This document shows, piece after piece, positions 11,607 to 23,692 of a DNA stretch of 59,822 nt; the stretch's first letter is position 1; each line of letters starts with the position of its first letter. A program made the translations under genes and the position numbers. The stretch comes from an uncultured Actinomycetes bacterium (lineage in GTDB: Bacteria; Actinomycetota; Actinomycetes; S36-B12): NCBI GenBank assembly GCA_937875815.1, contig CALFHU010000041.1, positions 1 to 59,822 on the forward strand. Direction: 5' to 3'. The notes under the pieces are model-generated. The model saw only the letters and a list, made by a program, of their open reading frames with translations. It ran no database searches and was not told where the DNA came from.

Positions 11607-12158
11607 GTGCTCATGTCAACAAGCGCCGAATGGAATGCATTGCGTCAACAGATTTTGGACAAAGCCGTGGTTCGCGGGAAGGTGATTCTTTCCAGCGGTC
11701 GCGAAGCTGATTACTACATTGACTTGCGTCGGGTGACATTAGATGCGCAGGCAGCGCCTTTGGTTGGAGTAGTCATGCGACAGGTGAATAGCGGCTTTGA
11801 TTACCGCGCCGTCGGTGGATTGACCCTCGGGGCAGATCCGGTTGCGGCAGCGATGATGCATAACGCTGCAGGCGATGGGGAACTGCTCAATTCATTTGTA
11901 GTTCGCAAGAGCGAGAAGCAGCACGGATTGCAACGCCGCATTGAAGGACCAGATGTCAACGGTATTCGAGTTCTTGCGGTTGAAGACACCTCAACTACCG
12001 GTTCATCGGTTTTGACAGCAGTTGACGCCCTCTTGATTGATGGCGCGGTGATTGCCGGAGTCAGTGTGATTGTTGATCGCGGTGCCCGCGCAGCCGTTGA
12101 AGAGCGCGGATATGAATACACGGCGGCGTACTCACTTGCAGACCTAGGACTTGAGTAG
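11607..12158 (+). CDS. pyrE: Orotate phosphoribosyltransferase
   Basis: PRTase PRPP-binding loop (VLAVEDTSTTGSS) and LSSGREADYYIDLR motif. The start could be ATG 11613. Confidence 0.9.
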   Translation: MLMSTSAEWNALRQQILDKAVVRGKVILSSGREADYYIDLRRVTLDAQAAPLVGVVMRQVNSGFDYRAVGGLTLGADPVAAAMMHNAAGDGELLNSFVVRKSEKQHGLQRRIEGPDVNGIRVLAVEDTSTTGSSVLTAVDALLIDGAVIAGVSVIVDRGARAAVEERGYEYTAAYSLADLGLE

Positions 12159-13061
12159 ATCCTTTTGTTCCTCACTCGCGCCAAACTTGCGTTCAAGAAC
12201 TAGAAGGCTAATGACGAAGCCAGCACCAACGACAAAGAGCAGTAGTGCAACCCCCACTTGATCAGTTGGTGCGAGTAGTTCACGCTCAGGTCCTTGCCAG
12301 GGCCATAGCGCGCGGAGCGAACCACACATCAAACCGGTAATGATTACCAGAGTTACTCGTGCACGGTTTTCTAGCAGCCATTTGAGCAGTGATACAAAAA
12401 TTGCCAAACCAAGTATCGCGCCGAGGGCAAAAACAAAAAGATACACGAAATTTCGGTCATTAACGGCCGCGATTGTTGGTTCATAAACCCCAACAGTGAG
12501 CAAAAGAAATGAGCCGGAAACCCCAGGCAGAACTAGGGCACAAATAGCAACTGCCGCGGAGAAAAAGACCGTGATCAGGCTTGGGTCCGCAACGTCAGCT
12601 GGGGGTAGGCCGGTCAAGAGGAACACACACAGTGCACAGATCAATCCCAGAATGAGAAGTGAAGGGGACCAGCCACCCACCTTGGTCACCATGTGCGCGG
12701 GAACGTAGGCACCGGCGATTACCAACCCAAAGAACAGTGCCTTCATAGCGATGGGTTGGTCCTCAAGGAGGGGCTCAATTATTCTTGCGCCAAGCACAAG
12801 GGCCGCGCCCATACCAACGGCAACTGGAATCAGGAGTCGCCATGGCAGCGAGGTGAAAGTTCTGCCCGCAACTTTGCTCGAAGCTTTACCGGGGGCAAGG
12901 CCGACCAGCTGGCGAACGCTGAGAACGAGGTCGGCGATCGAGTTGATGAGTGTGTGGTAGATCCCAACGATCAAAGCGAGGGTTCCGCCGCTCACGCCTG
13001 GGACTACCTCTGCTGCGCCCATCAGCGCGCCGCGACCAATATTGGTCAAGAATTTTAGCAT
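12144..13061 (-). CDS. DUF368-family integral membrane protein
   Basis: Repeated VPGVSGGT / LPGVSGS motifs typical of DUF368, about 8 TM segments. Start set at ATG 13061 (MLKFLTNIG...); the upstream 44 codons of the tracked ORF are Pro/Arg-rich and overlap the divergent gene. Confidence 0.8.
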   Translation of the reverse strand: MLKFLTNIGRGALMGAAEVVPGVSGGTLALIVGIYHTLINSIADLVLSVRQLVGLAPGKASSKVAGRTFTSLPWRLLIPVAVGMGAALVLGARIIEPLLEDQPIAMKALFFGLVIAGAYVPAHMVTKVGGWSPSLLILGLICALCVFLLTGLPPADVADPSLITVFFSAAVAICALVLPGVSGSFLLLTVGVYEPTIAAVNDRNFVYLFVFALGAILGLAIFVSLLKWLLENRARVTLVIITGLMCGSLRALWPWQGPERELLAPTDQVGVALLLFVVGAGFVISLLVLERKFGASEEQKDLLKS

Positions 13062-13090
13062 CCCTGCAGGGTACCGGGTAGGTTTGGCAG

Positions 13091-13720
13091 GTGGACCCAG
13101 ACGCGACCGAAGTACTGGCTGCTGAAGTGGGTGTGGGCCCATGGGAAGGCGATCCGCCGGCTGGTGATCACTGGGATCTAGAACTTCTGGCAATTGGCGA
13201 CCGACGTAATGTCATCGATAAGTATCGATACTGGAGTCTTGAGGCGATAGTTGCCGATCTGGATAACTCTCGACACCCATTACATATTGCCATTGAGAAC
13301 CTCGAGCATGATTTCAATATCGGTTCAATTGTGCGCACGGCCAACGCGTTTTTGGTCAAAGAAGTGCATATTGTGGGACGCAAACGGTGGAATCGGCGCG
13401 GGGCCATGGTGACCGACAAATACCAGCACATCCACCACCACCCGGATCCAGTTGCTTTTGGGGCTTGGGCAGCGGCAGCCAACCTTCCAGTAATCGGTGT
13501 TGACAATATGGCCGGCTCGGTCTCGATCGAAACCTTTAACTACCCCCAAGAGTGTGTGCTCGTGGTAGGTCAAGAGGGCTCCGGGTTGTCCGATCCGATG
13601 CGTGAGCAGTGCGAAACCCTCGTAGATATCGCCCAGTTTGGCTCCACCCGGTCCATAAATGTGGGGGCGGCAGCAGCGATTGCGATGCATGGCTGGATTC
13701 GAACCCACGCAGCCCGCTGA
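13091..13720 (+). CDS. SpoU/TrmH-family RNA 2'-O-methyltransferase
   Basis: SPOUT motifs NIGSIVRTANAF, LVVGQEGSGLS and INVGAAAAIAM. Confidence 0.8.
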   Translation: MDPDATEVLAAEVGVGPWEGDPPAGDHWDLELLAIGDRRNVIDKYRYWSLEAIVADLDNSRHPLHIAIENLEHDFNIGSIVRTANAFLVKEVHIVGRKRWNRRGAMVTDKYQHIHHHPDPVAFGAWAAAANLPVIGVDNMAGSVSIETFNYPQECVLVVGQEGSGLSDPMREQCETLVDIAQFGSTRSINVGAAAAIAMHGWIRTHAAR

Positions 13721-13819
13721 GATGGCTGTGATCGGTTGCCTCGTGGTAATCCAAGCATGGAAGGATGGGGACATATAACCGCACCCGCGATTAAGCGGGC
13801 TAAGAATTTTGGAGTTCAC

Positions 13820-14842
13820 ATGCCTATTGCATCCCCAGAGGTATACGGCGAAATGCTGGATCGCGCGAAGGCGGGCAAATTTGCCTACCCCGCGATTAAC
13901 ACCTCTTCATCACAGACAATTGTCGCGGCAATCCGTGGCTTTGCCGAAGCAGAAAGCGACGGAATCGTTCAAGTTTCGTGGGGCGGCGCCGAGTTCGCTT
14001 CAGGTCAAGGCGTAAAAGACATGGTGACCGGTGCTGTTGCACTCGCTGAGTTCGCACATGTGGTTGCTGCAAAATACAACGTGAATATCGCACTCCACAC
14101 TGACCACTGCCCGAAAGACAAACTTTCAGGTTTCATGGAACCGCTGATTGCGGTCTCCCAAGAGCGGGTTGCTAAAGGCCTTGCGCCGCTATTCCAGTCA
14201 CACATGTGGGATGGCTCCGCGGTCCCCCTAGAGGAAAACATGGAGATTTCCGAGCGAATGCTTGATGCATGCGTCACAGCAAACATTATTCTTGAAATCG
14301 AAATTGGTGTTGTTGGTGGCGAAGAAGACGGCATTGAAGCCACACATGACGCGAAGCTTTTCTCAACAGTTGAAGACGGACTTGAAACTGCGCAGCGGCT
14401 CGGTTTAGGTGAGCGAGGTCGGTACATGGTCGCTGCAACATTTGGCAACGTTCATGGTGTGTATAAGCCGGGTAACGTTGTATTGACTCCTTCGATCCTC
14501 AAAGAAATCCAAGATGCAGTTGGTAAGGAATACGGAGTGGATAAGCCATTTGACTTGGTGTTCCACGGTGGATCCGGTTCATTGCTGAGTGAAATTCGTG
14601 AATCACTGGATTACGGTGTTGTGAAAATGAACATCGATACCGATACTCAATACGCATTTACCCGTCCAATTGCCAATCACATGTTCGTCAATTACAACGG
14701 AGTACTCAAAATTGATGGTGAGGTTGGCAATAAGAAAATGTATGACCCACGTGCTTATGGCAAAGCCGCAGAAACCGGCATGGCCGACCGCGTAAAGCTC
14801 GCTTGCGAGGATTTGCGCTCTGCTGGAACGAGGATGAAGTAG
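13820..14842 (+). CDS. fba: Class II fructose-bisphosphate aldolase
   Basis: MPIASPEVYGEMLDRAKAGKFAYPAIN N-terminus, LHTDHC and FHGGSGS metal/phosphate motifs. GGAG RBS 6 nt upstream of ATG 13820. Confidence 0.95.
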   Translation: MPIASPEVYGEMLDRAKAGKFAYPAINTSSSQTIVAAIRGFAEAESDGIVQVSWGGAEFASGQGVKDMVTGAVALAEFAHVVAAKYNVNIALHTDHCPKDKLSGFMEPLIAVSQERVAKGLAPLFQSHMWDGSAVPLEENMEISERMLDACVTANIILEIEIGVVGGEEDGIEATHDAKLFSTVEDGLETAQRLGLGERGRYMVAATFGNVHGVYKPGNVVLTPSILKEIQDAVGKEYGVDKPFDLVFHGGSGSLLSEIRESLDYGVVKMNIDTDTQYAFTRPIANHMFVNYNGVLKIDGEVGNKKMYDPRAYGKAAETGMADRVKLACEDLRSAGTRMK

Positions 14843-14844
14843 CC

Positions 14845-15243
14845 ATGGATTCACAGAATTTGCTGGGTGGTCCAGGGCCCACACACTTACCTGAAGGCGA
14901 TGCCGCGCAAAGTGCTCTCCTCGCCGGGGGTGATCCACGTGAAATTGTCGCTCAATACCCCACGAATTCACTTGCTTGGGCGATGCTGAGCGACCAGGCG
15001 TGGGATAGCAGCGATGTCATTGGGTCTTACGCATTTGCCCGGGTCGGTTATCACCGTGGCCTTGACGCACTTCGTAAAAACGGCTGGAAAGGTTATGGTC
15101 CGGTTCCCTGGAGCCATGAGCCAAATCAAGGTTTCCTTCGCTGCCTCCAAAACTTAGGTCGGGCCGCCGGTGAAATCAATGAAAGTGACGAGCAAATTCG
15201 AATCGCTGATTTCATAGTGGAATGTGATCCAACACTTGCCTAA
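14845..15243 (+). CDS. DUF3151-domain protein
   Basis: Starts 2 nt after the fba stop. Conserved pattern (AFARVGYHRGLDALRKNGWKGYGPVPW) typical of the DUF3151 gene that follows fba in Actinobacteria. Confidence 0.8.
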   Translation: MDSQNLLGGPGPTHLPEGDAAQSALLAGGDPREIVAQYPTNSLAWAMLSDQAWDSSDVIGSYAFARVGYHRGLDALRKNGWKGYGPVPWSHEPNQGFLRCLQNLGRAAGEINESDEQIRIADFIVECDPTLA

Positions 15244-16168
15244 ACCCGTCCTTATCGCTGGGGCTGGAATCACGGGGATTTCATGCGCCATTTCATTGCG
15301 TGAGCGGGGAGTTCCTTTTCGAATTGTTAACAAAGGTCGCCGAGTCGGTGGCCGCATGGCTTCGCGCGCTGTGCGTGGTTCGGGCACCGCATTTGATGGT
15401 CGAGTATTTGACACGGGTGCTTCGTACTTCACAGTGAGTGAATCGCAATTCGCAACGGTAGTAGCTGAACTGGAAACTGCGGGTGTCGTGCAACCGTGGA
15501 CGGATACGTTCCATTTCGCTGACGCAGAAGGAATTGCCGGTGTCAAAGCAGGGCCAATGCGCTATCGGGCCGAGGGTGGGATCCGCAGCATTGTTGAATA
15601 TTTGGCGCGGGATCTTGTGATTGAGGAGGGCGAAGTTACCGCGGTTCCCGCCCAGGAGCGGCTCGCGCTCTGCATGCCGACCCCGCAAGCTGCCCGGGTA
15701 TACCCGAAGGCGAGTGAGCTCAGCACTGCAGTATGGGAACCGGTTATTTCGGTTTCAATGTTATTTGACCGCGCTCATTGGAGTAGTTTTGACGGAATCT
15801 TTGTGAACCAAGATGCGCACATTACCTGGATCGCGAATGACGGAGCCAGACGTGGAGACCATGCTCCGGCACTCGTTGTTCACATGAGCCCGGTTCTTTC
15901 CGCCGGTCACCTCGTGAATCCCAGTGAGGTGATTCCCATCGCAGTTGCGCGTATCCAGAAAATTCTGGGCTTTGATGAGGAACCCGCGTGGTCACACGCA
16001 CACAGGTGGACCTTTGCCAAGCCAATTGAAGGGACCACCTCACCGACACCGGATTTCGTGCTGGGTGAAGTGTCACTTGCCAGTGATGAATTCAGTGCCC
16101 GGCCTCGGGTTGAGGCTGGCTGGCTTAGTGGCCGCGATCTGGGGCATGCACTCGCTGAAGTGCGGTAA
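15224..16168 (+). CDS. NAD(P)/FAD-dependent oxidoreductase (renalase-like)
   Basis: N-terminal Rossmann dinucleotide motif VLIAGAGITGISCA...GGR. 20-nt overlap with the preceding gene. Confidence 0.7.
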   Translation: MIQHLPKPVLIAGAGITGISCAISLRERGVPFRIVNKGRRVGGRMASRAVRGSGTAFDGRVFDTGASYFTVSESQFATVVAELETAGVVQPWTDTFHFADAEGIAGVKAGPMRYRAEGGIRSIVEYLARDLVIEEGEVTAVPAQERLALCMPTPQAARVYPKASELSTAVWEPVISVSMLFDRAHWSSFDGIFVNQDAHITWIANDGARRGDHAPALVVHMSPVLSAGHLVNPSEVIPIAVARIQKILGFDEEPAWSHAHRWTFAKPIEGTTSPTPDFVLGEVSLASDEFSARPRVEAGWLSGRDLGHALAEVR

Positions 16169-18195
<2,027 letters not shown>

Positions 18196-18424
18196 GTGAT
18201 GTCGCTTGGCATCGAGGTTCTTCTTCGGCTGAACGGGTGACATGCGCGTGCGTGATAAACGCGCCGAACGATCCTCGGGGATTGGCCTCGTATGCCGACG
18301 TGGCCAAAGCGGTCTGTCGAAGCCACCTAACTGCATCAAAGTTACTGTGGAAATTTAAGCATCTTGATGCTTTCATGCCAGACCTGACCTTCTTCTATAT
18401 AGCCAGGACCCTGCCTAGTTGATG

Positions 18425-18874
18425 CTAGGCCTCCTCGCCGATATCTTCGTTCCACAGGCGCGGGTTAGCTTCGATCCAATCCTTGAACATGGTCTTGGTT
18501 TCGGCATCGTCGAGCACGATAACTTCGACCCCATGGCTGCGCAGTAGGTCTTCACTAATGGAGAAGTTGGAGTTCTCACCGATCACTACCCTCGGAATTT
18601 TGTATAGCAATATGGTGCCCGCGCACATAAAGCACGGCGATAACGTGGTGAAAATCGTGGAGCGGGCGTAGACACTTGCCGGCTGGCGGCCGGCTATTTC
18701 GATGCAATTAGTTTCACCGTGATGGATCGCGCTACCAAGTTGCACGCGTTGATTACGCCCAACTGCTAGCAATTCACCGTCGACTAGGAGGCTTGCCCCG
18801 ATGGGGATACCTCCCTCGGCCATGCCCTGCCGGGCTGAGGCCAGTGCTGCGGCATAAGCGGTTGCGTTATCCAT
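18425..18874 (-). CDS. Cytosine deaminase, CDA-fold yeast Fcy1 type (CMP/dCMP-type zinc deaminase)
   Basis: HGE...PCxxC zinc motifs (HHGETNCIE; TLSPCFMCAGT). Collinear with my recollection of S. cerevisiae Fcy1 through the C-terminus (PRVVIGENSNF..., WNEDIGE). Confidence 0.8.
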   Translation of the reverse strand: MDNATAYAAALASARQGMAEGGIPIGASLLVDGELLAVGRNQRVQLGSAIHHGETNCIEIAGRQPASVYARSTIFTTLSPCFMCAGTILLYKIPRVVIGENSNFSISEDLLRSHGVEVIVLDDAETKTMFKDWIEANPRLWNEDIGEEA

Positions 18875-18922
18875 TTTGTTCCTCTCCTAGGGGGTGATTT
18901 TCGTTGATAAATTGTGCGCTGC

Positions 18923-19828
18923 CTAGCTGCGTCGGTAAGGCTTTAGGTAAGCGCCTGGGTAGCGCATCTTCCGACCTGAAATAACTAGGCCGATGATTAC
19001 TGCCACGTACGGAAGTGCCAGCAGAATCTCGTAAGGAACGTCAGCGAATTCTGGAATGAGCCGAAGGCGGTTCTGAAGGGCATAAACGAAGGAGAACAAG
19101 AAGGCGCCGATCAGCATCCCACCGACACGCCACCGACTGAAAATCACTAGGGCAAGTGCCACCCATCCACGCCCAGCGATGATGTCCACGGTGAAGGAGC
19201 CGATGAAGGCCAAGGTGATGAAAGCGCCGCCAATTGCCATCAGTGCTGCCCCCGAAGTGACAGCGCCGTATCGCACCAATGAGACACGGATCCCAGCGGC
19301 GTCAGCGGCCTCAGGATTTTCACCGACCGCGCGGATCTTGAGGCCAATTCCAGTGCGGTTCAAGACGAACCACACCGCCGGTATTACTAGAAAAAGTGCG
19401 GCGTACGTCAGCCAATACTGATCGAAGGGTGCACCGAGATCTTCAAAGAGTGGGCTCCATGGGTCGACCCGTACTTGACCATCTTGTTCGGTGAAGAGGA
19501 TCCGATTCACCGTGTTGCTCACAGCGATGAGCGCGAGGGTGATTCCCAAGCCGGCCACGTGTTGGTTGACCCCGAGAGTTACTGACAGGAAAGACATTAA
19601 TAATCCAGCGGCAACACCACTGGCTATTGCAGCCAAGAGCCCAATCCAAAGCGATCCGGTGGTCGCAGCGACAGCAATCCCCACGAAGGCGCCAACATAC
19701 ATCGTTCCTTCAATTCCCAAGTTGAGAACGCCTGCACGCTCGGAGATAAGTTCACCACTTGACGCGAAAATTAATGGAGTACTAACTCTGAACATCGCGC
19801 CAATGATGTCGATGAAGGCGCTGATCAT
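18923..19828 (-). CDS. ABC transporter permease (BMP/nucleoside-type, second permease)
   Basis: About 8-10 TM protein in an operon with a BMP-family binding protein. Overlaps the upstream permease by 4 nt. Confidence 0.9.
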   Translation of the reverse strand: MISAFIDIIGAMFRVSTPLIFASSGELISERAGVLNLGIEGTMYVGAFVGIAVAATTGSLWIGLLAAIASGVAAGLLMSFLSVTLGVNQHVAGLGITLALIAVSNTVNRILFTEQDGQVRVDPWSPLFEDLGAPFDQYWLTYAALFLVIPAVWFVLNRTGIGLKIRAVGENPEAADAAGIRVSLVRYGAVTSGAALMAIGGAFITLAFIGSFTVDIIAGRGWVALALVIFSRWRVGGMLIGAFLFSFVYALQNRLRLIPEFADVPYEILLALPYVAVIIGLVISGRKMRYPGAYLKPYRRS

Positions 19829-20886
19829 TGTGGGGCCTTTACTCGTAGGATAATGCTATATTTTCGAAACACCAGTACCGATATGACGCTTACCATTAAG
19901 ACCGCCTGAACAACTTCACCTACGGTGCTGGGAATTTGCAAAATTCGGCTTGCAGTAAATGAACCCACGGTGAGATCACCGAAAAGTAGAGCAACAAGCA
20001 ATACCCCGGGAATGGTAAGCGCTGCGAGAGTGGCGACTATAACTCCGGTGTAGCCAAATCCCGGGCTTATGCCGTTGGTGAGTTGGTGCGATACGGCAGA
20101 AACTTCAACCCCACCGGCGAGCCCAGCTATGGCAGCTGAACTAAGTGCTGCACCCATCAAGATTCTCGAAACATTCACTCCGGATGCGCGGGCTGCCTTG
20201 AGGTTTGAGCCAACGGCTCTGAGTTTCAGTCCAACTGGGGTGCGGGCGATTACAAACCACACAATCAGGAGAAGAAGGATCGCTATACCGAAGCCAAGGT
20301 GGATGCGGGTATCGGGAATTAGCGTTGGCATATCTGTTTGTTTGGGAAGGCGCGCTGACTCGGGGAACTGGGTTTCTGGATTACGCCAAGGACCATTAAG
20401 CAACCCAGCCACCACCAGCGCTGCAACCGGATTCAGCAGTAGGGTGGTGACAACCTCATCGATGCCAAAGCGCACGCGCAGAATTGCTGGGACCACACCC
20501 CACAGCGCGCCGCCAACAGCGGCAGCGATCAACATGAGCGGGATGGCAACGCCGCCAGGGAGATTATTTGAGTGGAGTCCGACGAAGGTTGCCATCGCGG
20601 CGCCGATTAAAAATTGTCCCTCAGCGCCGATGTTCCAATAGCCGGCGCGAAATGCGAGAGCCACCGCTAGGCCGGTAAAGATAATCGGGGTAGCGGACAG
20701 GATGACTTCGCCGATGCCGAAACTTGTTTTGAGGGGGCTGGTGAGCATTAACTCGAAGGCGGAAAATGGATTAGCGCCCGCCCATCTGATCAGGCCAGCT
20801 GTGACCAGGTAGGTGATGAGCAGTGCTATGCCGGCAAGAAGAAAAGTTCGCCACGTCGGTTGGCTTTCACGTAGAGCAAGTCTCAT
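19825..20886 (-). CDS. ABC transporter permease (BMP/nucleoside-type, first permease)
   Basis: Polytopic membrane protein. 1-nt overlap with the ATPase stop. Confidence 0.9.
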   Translation of the reverse strand: MRLALRESQPTWRTFLLAGIALLITYLVTAGLIRWAGANPFSAFELMLTSPLKTSFGIGEVILSATPIIFTGLAVALAFRAGYWNIGAEGQFLIGAAMATFVGLHSNNLPGGVAIPLMLIAAAVGGALWGVVPAILRVRFGIDEVVTTLLLNPVAALVVAGLLNGPWRNPETQFPESARLPKQTDMPTLIPDTRIHLGFGIAILLLLIVWFVIARTPVGLKLRAVGSNLKAARASGVNVSRILMGAALSSAAIAGLAGGVEVSAVSHQLTNGISPGFGYTGVIVATLAALTIPGVLLVALLFGDLTVGSFTASRILQIPSTVGEVVQAVLMVSVISVLVFRKYSIILRVKAPQ

Positions 20887-22454
20887 TAGGCAACCCCTGC
20901 CATTAGGCGCCCAAGTTCAGCGGTTGTCGCTGTGTCCGATGCCAACTCTCCAACAATTCGACCTCGGTAGATAACAACGATTCGATCGGAAATTTGAAGA
21001 ACTTCATCCAGATCCTCGGAAATCACGACGATGCCGGTGCCGTCTTTAGCCCGATTTCGTAATTCGGCGCGCACTTGCGCCGTGCTCGAGACGTCAAGGC
21101 CCCGGGTTGGCTGTGCAACTACCGCCACCGATGGCTTTGCGTCGAACATGCGGGCAAGGAGGACCTTCTGCATGTTGCCGCCAGAAAGAGTGCCTGCTGA
21201 TTGTCCTGGAGAACTCTTAATGTTGAACTGCGCGATTTTGTCTTCAGCTGATGCGGTCATTGCACTCCTGCTGAGCAGGGGGCCGGAGGCAAAGCGCGAT
21301 GGATCCGTCAGCGCAAGGTTTTCGGCAACGGACAATTCGCCGACTACTTGTTGATGGCGATCCTCGCTTACGCCAGACATTCCAGCGGTTCGGCGCCCAC
21401 GGATACCAGATCCCACGACATTAATGGTGTTTACTTCGATCTCACCCAGGGTTGGCTCGTGCAAGCCGAGCAGGGCTTCAACCAACTCTGACTGACCGTT
21501 GCCGGTCACCCCAGCGACTGCGACAATTTCACCAGCGCGAACTTCAAGTGAAAAATTATCAACGCGATCCACGCCATCACGGCTGATCACTAGATCTCTT
21601 ACGGACAGTACAGTCGCCTTGGGTGCACTAAGTTGCGCAATGGCGGGTGTCTGCGGGCTCTTTGCCCCGACAAGGACTTCAAGATTTGGATCGTCAGCGC
21701 CAACCATGAGTTGAGTAAGTTGATGAACATCGAGTTCAAAGTTGCGTTGAGTGCTAACAATTGTGCCATGGCGAAGCACGCTCACCTCATCGCTAATTTG
21801 TAGCACTTCATGCATCTTGTGGCTGATAAAAACCACTGCCAAACCTGAGTCCTTGCATAGTCCCTGGACAAGTGAGAAAAGCGAGTCGATGTCCTTTGGT
21901 GTAAGAACAGCTGTTGGCTCATCAAGCACTAAAGTCTTGCAACCATGGGAAAGGGCTTTGAGTATTTCGACTCGTTGCCTACCTCCGACCGGAAGATCCT
22001 CAACGATGGCATCTGGGTCAACCTCGAGGCCGAATTCCGACGACAGATCCCGGACGTGAGCCCGAGCCTTTTGCAAACTAATTACACCGTTACCAGGCTC
22101 TGTGAGAAGCAGGTTTTCGGCAACTGTCATTGGGCCGACTAGTGCGAAGTGCTGAGTAACCATGCCAATACCAAGGTTTCGAGCAACTCGAGGCGAAGTG
22201 ATATTTGCCTCTGAACCGTCAATAAGAATTGTGCCGGCATCTGGCCTGGTTAGGCCGTAGAGAATGCGCATCAATGTGGTTTTGCCCGCACCATTCTCAC
22301 CAAGAAGTGCGTGAACTTGGCCGCTCTGCGCGGCGAATGTGACATCTGCGAGAGCCTTGACCGGGCCGAAACTCTTCGCAATTCTCATTAGTTCTACTTG
22401 CGGAAAGGGACCACCGTTTCTGGTGGCCCCTCCCGCATTGCTAGTAATCGTCAT
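20886..22454 (-). CDS. ABC transporter ATP-binding protein with duplicated ATPase domains
   Basis: First-domain Walker A GENGAGKTT. Second-domain signature LSGGNMQKV. 522 aa, the tandem-cassette architecture of CUT2/BMP importers. Confidence 0.93.
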   Translation of the reverse strand: MTITSNAGGATRNGGPFPQVELMRIAKSFGPVKALADVTFAAQSGQVHALLGENGAGKTTLMRILYGLTRPDAGTILIDGSEANITSPRVARNLGIGMVTQHFALVGPMTVAENLLLTEPGNGVISLQKARAHVRDLSSEFGLEVDPDAIVEDLPVGGRQRVEILKALSHGCKTLVLDEPTAVLTPKDIDSLFSLVQGLCKDSGLAVVFISHKMHEVLQISDEVSVLRHGTIVSTQRNFELDVHQLTQLMVGADDPNLEVLVGAKSPQTPAIAQLSAPKATVLSVRDLVISRDGVDRVDNFSLEVRAGEIVAVAGVTGNGQSELVEALLGLHEPTLGEIEVNTINVVGSGIRGRRTAGMSGVSEDRHQQVVGELSVAENLALTDPSRFASGPLLSRSAMTASAEDKIAQFNIKSSPGQSAGTLSGGNMQKVLLARMFDAKPSVAVVAQPTRGLDVSSTAQVRAELRNRAKDGTGIVVISEDLDEVLQISDRIVVIYRGRIVGELASDTATTAELGRLMAGVA

Positions 22455-22461
22455 TTCCGAT

Positions 22462-23574
22462 TTACTGTGCTGCCTCAGTCACGACCGAACCGGCTGGCGT
22501 GGCTTCGTCAATATCAACGCGAAGTACACCTGAAGTAATTCCAGCCAAGGCTTCGTCAACTTTTGCGCTGAGTTCAGCAGGGATACCGCCGTTAACCCCG
22601 GTGTTAAGCGGAGCGAGCATCGCGCCACCCTTCGGCATCATTGAGAAGTCCTTGAGGTCTTGCGCTGCGTAGGAACCTTTCGAGACCTGATCAAGTAGGT
22701 AGGCCAAAGTTGGCTCCATTGACCACATCACGCTGGTGAGCACGTTGTCAGGTGCGTCAGCTTGTTGATCGAACATGTTGCCAACGGCATATACGCCTTT
22801 TTCAGCCGCTGCCTCAATCACTCCGGCACGCTCGGCATATAGAACATCTGCTCCAGCTGCGATTTGTGCAAGTGCGGATTCTTTCGCTGCTGCGGGATCA
22901 AACCAAGAGTTGATGTAGGTCACCTTTGCTTCAACCTTCGGGTTGACGCTTTGCGCGCCCAGGATGAAAGCATTGATCAGTCGGTTTACTTCTGGAACTG
23001 GTATTCCACCGACGATTCCGATGATGTTGCTCTTTGTCATGCCACCGGCGAGGATGCCTGACAAATATGCGGGCTGATAGATCCAGTTATCGAATACTGA
23101 GAAGTTTGGTTCGGCCGGCCCGCCGCCTGAACCAAATGCAATTGCGACGTCTGGGTAGTCAGCCGCAACCGCACGCGCCGCCTCTTCGTTTCCAAACGAG
23201 TCACCGACAACTAGATCAGGCTGTTGCTCTTCAATGACTTGGCGCAAGGTGCGCTCAAATGCACCTGATGCGTAGCCGACGTCATCGATCTTTGTTACGT
23301 CAATGAGACCGGCAGCGGCAGCGTTATCCAATGCTGACTGGATCACACCGTCCCAAGGCTCTTCAATTTTGCCCGAGTAGACGGCAGCTACTTTGAGTTT
23401 GCCCGCTGTGGCGGATTCATCTGCGGATGACTCGGATTGCGCCTGGGCTGCCTCCGAGGCAGCGGGCTCTGCCGAACTCGAAGTCTGTTCGGCGGTCGTA
23501 CCACCACAAGCTGCGAGAGCGAGCATCGTTATGCCGACCAGGGTGGTCGTCAGACTTGCTGATTTTAATTTCAT
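22462..23574 (-). CDS. BMP-family (basic membrane protein / PnrA-like) substrate-binding lipoprotein
   Basis: Lipobox LALAAC|GG followed by a low-complexity Ser/Ala/Glu linker. BMP-like periplasmic binding fold pattern. Confidence 0.88.
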   Translation of the reverse strand: MKLKSASLTTTLVGITMLALAACGGTTAEQTSSSAEPAASEAAQAQSESSADESATAGKLKVAAVYSGKIEEPWDGVIQSALDNAAAAGLIDVTKIDDVGYASGAFERTLRQVIEEQQPDLVVGDSFGNEEAARAVAADYPDVAIAFGSGGGPAEPNFSVFDNWIYQPAYLSGILAGGMTKSNIIGIVGGIPVPEVNRLINAFILGAQSVNPKVEAKVTYINSWFDPAAAKESALAQIAAGADVLYAERAGVIEAAAEKGVYAVGNMFDQQADAPDNVLTSVMWSMEPTLAYLLDQVSKGSYAAQDLKDFSMMPKGGAMLAPLNTGVNGGIPAELSAKVDEALAGITSGVLRVDIDEATPAGSVVTEAAQ

Positions 23575-23692
23575 GGAATTCCTCCTAGGGGTAAGTTGAG
23601 GTTATGGCGTATTCAACCTATGCACAATGGACCAAATGACAAATTAATAGCGAATCACCTTTACGATATGTAAAAAGGAATATCCTCATTTC